NCBI RefSeq assembly: GCF_963506605.1
Contig: NC_083284.1
Coordinates: forward strand, 61,504,001 to 61,568,000
DNA: 64,000 nt
From: Zootoca vivipara
Taxonomy: Eukaryota
Reading direction: 5' to 3'
Part shown: piece after piece, positions 1 to 64,000 of the stretch
Layout: each line of letters begins with the position of its first letter
Numbering within the stretch: the first letter of the stretch is position 1
Notes under the pieces: generated by a model
The model's database searches: none
What the model saw: the letters and a program-made list of their open reading frames with translations, nothing else
Told to the model about the DNA's origin: nothing
Program-made: the position numbers and the translations under genes

Positions 1-162
1 TTTTTTTTTTGTAGGATCCGGAAGAAGTACAGACACACTCCTCTAAACCAGATCCCGGGCGGGAAATCTGGGAAATTGTCGAATTTGAATTTCAAATTTA
101 TTTTTTTTCCTTCCGAAATTTGAAAATTTGGTGATTTTTATTTTAATAAAATTAATAAAGAA

Positions 163-3100
163 ATGGATCTTAATATCATCTCTTGGAATGTTAATGGTTT
201 AAATAATTGAAAAGAAATAAAGTAGAACATATAATTAAAAAAGGTACATGGGATATTATGTGTTTCCAGGAAACCCACGTATCCCAGAAACACGAAAGAG
301 TATTGATAAATAAAAGATTAGGTGAGGAATTTGTTTCATCACATAAAAAGAAGAAAAGAGGAGTAGTCATCTATGTCAAACAAAAGATTAAAGCAGAAAA
401 ATTATTCCAAGATGACGAAGGGAGAATGGTTGGGGTGCGTCTGTACTTGCCAAAAGGAAAGGTTTGTGTAGTGAATATTTATGCTCCAAATGGGTGCAAA
501 AAGGAATTTTTCAAGAAATTGGGAAAGAAGATGGGGGAGCACATATCAGATGAGGAGATAATTCTTCTAGGAGATTTCAATGGAGTCATACAAAATGATT
601 TAGATAGATCGGGGAAGAGGAGAGGGGACAGAGGAAGGTTGCCAGAGGTTTTCTTAAATTTAATCCATAATTATAATTTAGAAGATGTTTGGAGGAGGGA
701 AAACCCAAAAGAGAGAAAATTTACTTATTTTTCAGGAGCAAAAAAGACTGCCTCCAGAATTGACATGATATGGCTCTCACCTGGGTTGGCACAGAACGTA
801 GCTAAAAGTGAGATACTAGCTAAGTCAATAACCGACCACAATCAAATAATGGTGAAAATAAAAAAGAAAGGTATGAGAAATTATAGATGGAGGATGGATG
901 AAAGGATATTAAATGATGAAGACTTTATCAAAAAAGTTAAAAAATTATTAGAGGAATTTTACAAAGTTAATGTGTCAGAGGAGGTGGAGCTAGCGACAAC
1001 ATGGGACGCAGGTAAGGCCTTCGTGAGGGGATTATATATTCAGCAAAAAAGCAAAGTGAAAAGAGAAAGGGAAAAAAATATGGGGAAAATTAAAGAGGAA
1101 ATTAAAGAAACGGAAAAAGAATTGGTAAAAGATCCAAAGAATGAAAAAAAGTTGATGAGATTAAAAGTGTTGCAAAAGGAACTCTCTATATTGGTAAGTC
1201 AAGAAATTGAAAACAAAATAAGATGGTCTAAACAAAGAAATTTTGAATGGGGAGATAAGGTAGGGAAACTATTAGCATGGAAATTAAGGAAAAACCAAAA
1301 AGAAAGATTAATTACAGAGATAATGTATAAAGGAGGGAAGTTGAGGAAGCTGGAGGAAATACAAAAATGCTTTAATTCTTATTATAGGAAATTATATGAG
1401 GAAAAGAAAATAGGTGGAAAAAATTTGGACAATTATTTTGCGAAGAGGAAGGAAATTCAGATTATAGAAAAGGAAGAAGAATTGCTTAACAAACCGGTAA
1501 CAAAACAGGAGATATATGAAGCAATAAAAAAATTGAAACTAGGAAAATCACCGGGGACGGATGGCTTATCAAGTAGGCATTACAAAATATTTAAGGAAGA
1601 ATTAGGCGAAACCCTCCAAAAGGTAATAAATGATATTATGGATAAAGGATCTATACCTAAATCGTGGCAAGAGGCGTATGTGATATTAATTCCTAAAGGC
1701 GAAGATGAAGGCAGACAGGTAGGTGATTTTAGACCGATTTCATTACTCAATGTAGATTACAAAATTTTTACAGATATATTGGCAAATAGATTAAAGAAAA
1801 TATTGAATAGGATCATTGGGCAAGATCAACAAGGGTTCCTCCCGGGGAGAAAAATGTCAAAGAATGTCAGGATTTTAATTGATTTATTGGAATATTTAGA
1901 TTGGTCACCAGGGAAGAAAGCAGCCCTGGTTTTCTTGGATATAGAGAAAGCATTTGATTCTCTATCATGGGATTTTATGAAAAGGTCATTGAAAGAAATT
2001 GGAATTGGAGGAAGATTCATGAGAGGAATTAATTCAATTTATAATAAACAATCAGCTAAATTAATCCTAAATGGGGAGGTGTTAGAGGAATTTAAGATAG
2101 AGAAAGGAACGCGACAGGGCTGCCCCTTATCACCATTATTATTTATATTATCAATAGAATTTCTACTGATGGATATTAAAAAGGATACCAAAATTGAGGG
2201 AATAAAAGTAAGAGATAAAAAATTCAAGATAAAGGCATTCGCAGACGATATGATTGTTATGTTGGAGGAACCGGAGGAGTCAATTGGAAATTTGAAAAAA
2301 GTATTAAAAGTTTTTGAGGGAGTATCAGGGTTAAAAATAAATGGGAATAAGACAAAGGTAATGTTCAAAAACATAAGACAAGTAGAAATGACCAAATTGA
2401 AATCGGAATTGGATTGGGAGGTGGTGAAGAAATTTAAATATTTAGGCATAGTAATTAGTATAAACAACATTGAGTTATATGAGAACAACTATGGGAAAGT
2501 TTGGAGGGAAATCAGAAAGGATTTGGAAAGATGGAAAGATTTGAATTTATCATTTTCAGGTAGAATTGCTACAATTAAGATGTCAATCTTACCTAGAATT
2601 CTATTCCTATTCCAGATGTTACCCATTTTGGGGAAAAAAGATATTTTTGAGGGTTGGAGGAAGGAGTTAAGTAAATTTATTTGGCTGGGGAAAAAACCAC
2701 GAATACAATATAAATTACTCACAGACATCAAAGAAAGAGGAGGATGGGGGGTCCCCGACTTAAGGCTATATTATGCGTCCGCATGTATGTGCTGGCTTAA
2801 AGACTGGATAGTTATGGAGGACGAGGACCTCCTGGAACTGGAGGGATTTAGAAATGTAGCCGGATGGCACACTTATTTACTCCAGGAAGAAAAAGAGAAA
2901 TATAGACAATTTGCTAACCATGTGACGAAAAAATCATTATTTAAAATTTGGCAAGAATTTAGACCATTATTAGAACCCAAAACACCATGGTGGGCATCCC
3001 CCCTTGAGATGACATCAATTGGAGGGAAAGGTAAAAACAAGAGATGGCTGACGTATCAGGATTTATTAATTAGAGAAGATGAGCAATGGAAGTTACGAAC

Positions 3101-4229
3101 TTATGAAGAGATTAAACCATATTGCAATAGCTGGCTGCAGTACCACCAAATACAAAGCCTTTTTAAAAAACACCAGCAAATAGGATTCGGAAAAGGGAAG
3201 TCAAAATTACAAGAATTATTATTAGAGAATAACACGAAACCATTATCAAAAATTTATAAATTTCTCCTCGAATGGGAATTAAAAGACGAAGAAATAAAAG
3301 AGACAATGACAAAGTGGGCCCAGGATTTGGGGAGACCAATTTACAAAATACAATGGGATAATTTGTGGAAAAGCTCAATGAGATTCACAGCCTGTATGGG
3401 CATAAAGGAGAATATGCTTAAATTGGTATATAGATGGCACCTGACCCCAGAAAAATTAGCAATAATATACAAGAATGAAAATGATAATTGTTGGAAATGT
3501 GATGCCAAAGGAGGGAATTATTTTCATTGCTGGTGGGGATGCAAAGAAGTATTTAAATTCTGGGGAAATATATATGATGAATTAAAAAAAATGTTGAAAA
3601 TCACCTTTGGGAAGAAGCCAGAATATTTTTTATTAAGCATTTTACCAGATAATATGCCAAATGACAGGAAAAATATTTTCTTATATGCGTGTGCGGCAGC
3701 TAGATTATTGGTAGCTCAGAAATGGAGAAAAAAAGAAGTACCCACAATTCAGGAGTGGCAGTTAAAACTAATAGAATTTATGAATATGGAGAAGATGACA
3801 GCAGTGATCAGAAATATTTCAAATCTAAAGGGGAATGGGAGAGGGTGGAAGAATATTTTTAAAAAAGAGATATAAAGACGGAACTGATGGTCTGTTTAAA
3901 TTAGGTAATCTTGGGAAATAACATAGAGAATAAGAAGAGTAATTAAAATAAAGTTTCTAATATAGAGGTATATATTACTTTGAAGTAAGGAATCGCAAGT
4001 GAAGGGAAAGGGAAAGTTAAGCGATGTGTTGTGATTTGGAAGTAAATTTTTATTCAGTTTTCTTTTTTTCTTTCTTTTTCTTATGTTTTATTATTAGATG
4101 TATAATTGTGAAGTTTGATATTATTATTATTATTTAGAATTATTATTATTTCTTGTTGTTTTGTTTTTTCGATGTATTGCATTTTAAAGGATTGAAATAA
4201 AGATGGTTTTTAAAATTTTTTTAAAAAAA
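163..4229 (+). mobile_element. L1-clade LINE (ORF2 + 3' UTR), antisense in the last FRYL intron; 5' part probably continues beyond the window
   Basis: APE endonuclease, RT and CCHC motifs in ORF2; 3' UTR with purine tract, T-rich tract, AATAAA (4196-4201) and A-rich end. The 3' boundary is approximate. Confidence 0.9.
207..3875 (+). CDS. LINE ORF2 polyprotein (APE endonuclease - reverse transcriptase - CCHC zinc knuckle); true start ATG163 is separated by a frameshift
   Basis: Motifs FQETH, NIYAP, GDFNG, SRIDMIW, TDHN (EN); FRPISLLNVDYK, QQGFLPGR, LDIEKAFD, GTRQGCPLSP, FADD, YLG (RT); CWKC-x8-HCWWGC. The N-terminal MDLNIISWNVNGLNN lies in another frame (163-207). Confidence 0.9.
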   Translation: MKRNKVEHIIKKGTWDIMCFQETHVSQKHERVLINKRLGEEFVSSHKKKKRGVVIYVKQKIKAEKLFQDDEGRMVGVRLYLPKGKVCVVNIYAPNGCKKEFFKKLGKKMGEHISDEEIILLGDFNGVIQNDLDRSGKRRGDRGRLPEVFLNLIHNYNLEDVWRRENPKERKFTYFSGAKKTASRIDMIWLSPGLAQNVAKSEILAKSITDHNQIMVKIKKKGMRNYRWRMDERILNDEDFIKKVKKLLEEFYKVNVSEEVELATTWDAGKAFVRGLYIQQKSKVKREREKNMGKIKEEIKETEKELVKDPKNEKKLMRLKVLQKELSILVSQEIENKIRWSKQRNFEWGDKVGKLLAWKLRKNQKERLITEIMYKGGKLRKLEEIQKCFNSYYRKLYEEKKIGGKNLDNYFAKRKEIQIIEKEEELLNKPVTKQEIYEAIKKLKLGKSPGTDGLSSRHYKIFKEELGETLQKVINDIMDKGSIPKSWQEAYVILIPKGEDEGRQVGDFRPISLLNVDYKIFTDILANRLKKILNRIIGQDQQGFLPGRKMSKNVRILIDLLEYLDWSPGKKAALVFLDIEKAFDSLSWDFMKRSLKEIGIGGRFMRGINSIYNKQSAKLILNGEVLEEFKIEKGTRQGCPLSPLLFILSIEFLLMDIKKDTKIEGIKVRDKKFKIKAFADDMIVMLEEPEESIGNLKKVLKVFEGVSGLKINGNKTKVMFKNIRQVEMTKLKSELDWEVVKKFKYLGIVISINNIELYENNYGKVWREIRKDLERWKDLNLSFSGRIATIKMSILPRILFLFQMLPILGKKDIFEGWRKELSKFIWLGKKPRIQYKLLTDIKERGGWGVPDLRLYYASACMCWLKDWIVMEDEDLLELEGFRNVAGWHTYLLQEEKEKYRQFANHVTKKSLFKIWQEFRPLLEPKTPWWASPLEMTSIGGKGKNKRWLTYQDLLIREDEQWKLRTYEEIKPYCNSWLQYHQIQSLFKKHQQIGFGKGKSKLQELLLENNTKPLSKIYKFLLEWELKDEEIKETMTKWAQDLGRPIYKIQWDNLWKSSMRFTACMGIKENMLKLVYRWHLTPEKLAIIYKNENDNCWKCDAKGGNYFHCWWGCKEVFKFWGNIYDELKKMLKITFGKKPEYFLLSILPDNMPNDRKNIFLYACAAARLLVAQKWRKKEVPTIQEWQLKLIEFMNMEKMTAVIRNISNLKGNGRGWKNIFKKEI

Positions 4230-4330
4230 TTGTATTGATAAAATAAGAAATATACTGATGTAAGTAAGCCATTGCATAAAGGTCCCTCTCAATTTTATCC
4301 TTTTCAAATGAGAATATTAGCAAATTGTAC

Positions 4331-63811
<59,481 letters not shown>

Positions 63812-64000
63812 CTAAAAGGAAAAACAGGAGTTATTGAACTCAATGGGACTTATTTATCTGTATTAATTATTATTAGCACATATGCTCACTCTTTCCATTT
63901 TTATTTTCTGTGTATACTAGGACTACAGAAACCCAGGCAAAATATTGCCGCTAATTACACTATTGTTATGATCCTCCTACTCAGAAGCAGCAAGATCAAA

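Noticed and set aside
1826-3378. Minus-strand ORFs within the L1
   Set aside because: Antisense shadows of the A-rich ORF2, with no motifs.

Overview
Vertebrate (squamate, probably lacertid lizard, inferred from Sauria SINEs, Bov-B and the MITE families) genomic DNA. The whole window lies inside a minus-strand gene for protein furry homolog-like (FRYL). I traced 42 core coding exons (63811 down to 4331), all with GT-AG ends and consistent phases. The earlier exons and the last exon fall outside the window. There are also two well-supported microexons (9 and 18 nt), one candidate microexon and a cluster of candidate in-frame cassette exons in intron 19662-22897. The introns hold many mobile elements: a nearly intact antisense L1-clade LINE ORF2 (163-3875, frameshifted at its N-terminus), CR1, L2 and Bov-B fragments, Sauria and other SINEs, and hAT and Tc1/mariner MITEs. 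The most unusual item is a young 1.9-kb retro-inserted element (11299-13184). It has a CpG-rich L1-like head, an L1-like 3' tail, a poly(A) and a perfect 16-bp TSD, but no RT. It carries one 172-aa ORF that I do not recognise, and it sits inside the tyrosine-recombinase catalytic region of a decayed DIRS element. All family assignments are by eye; no searches were run.
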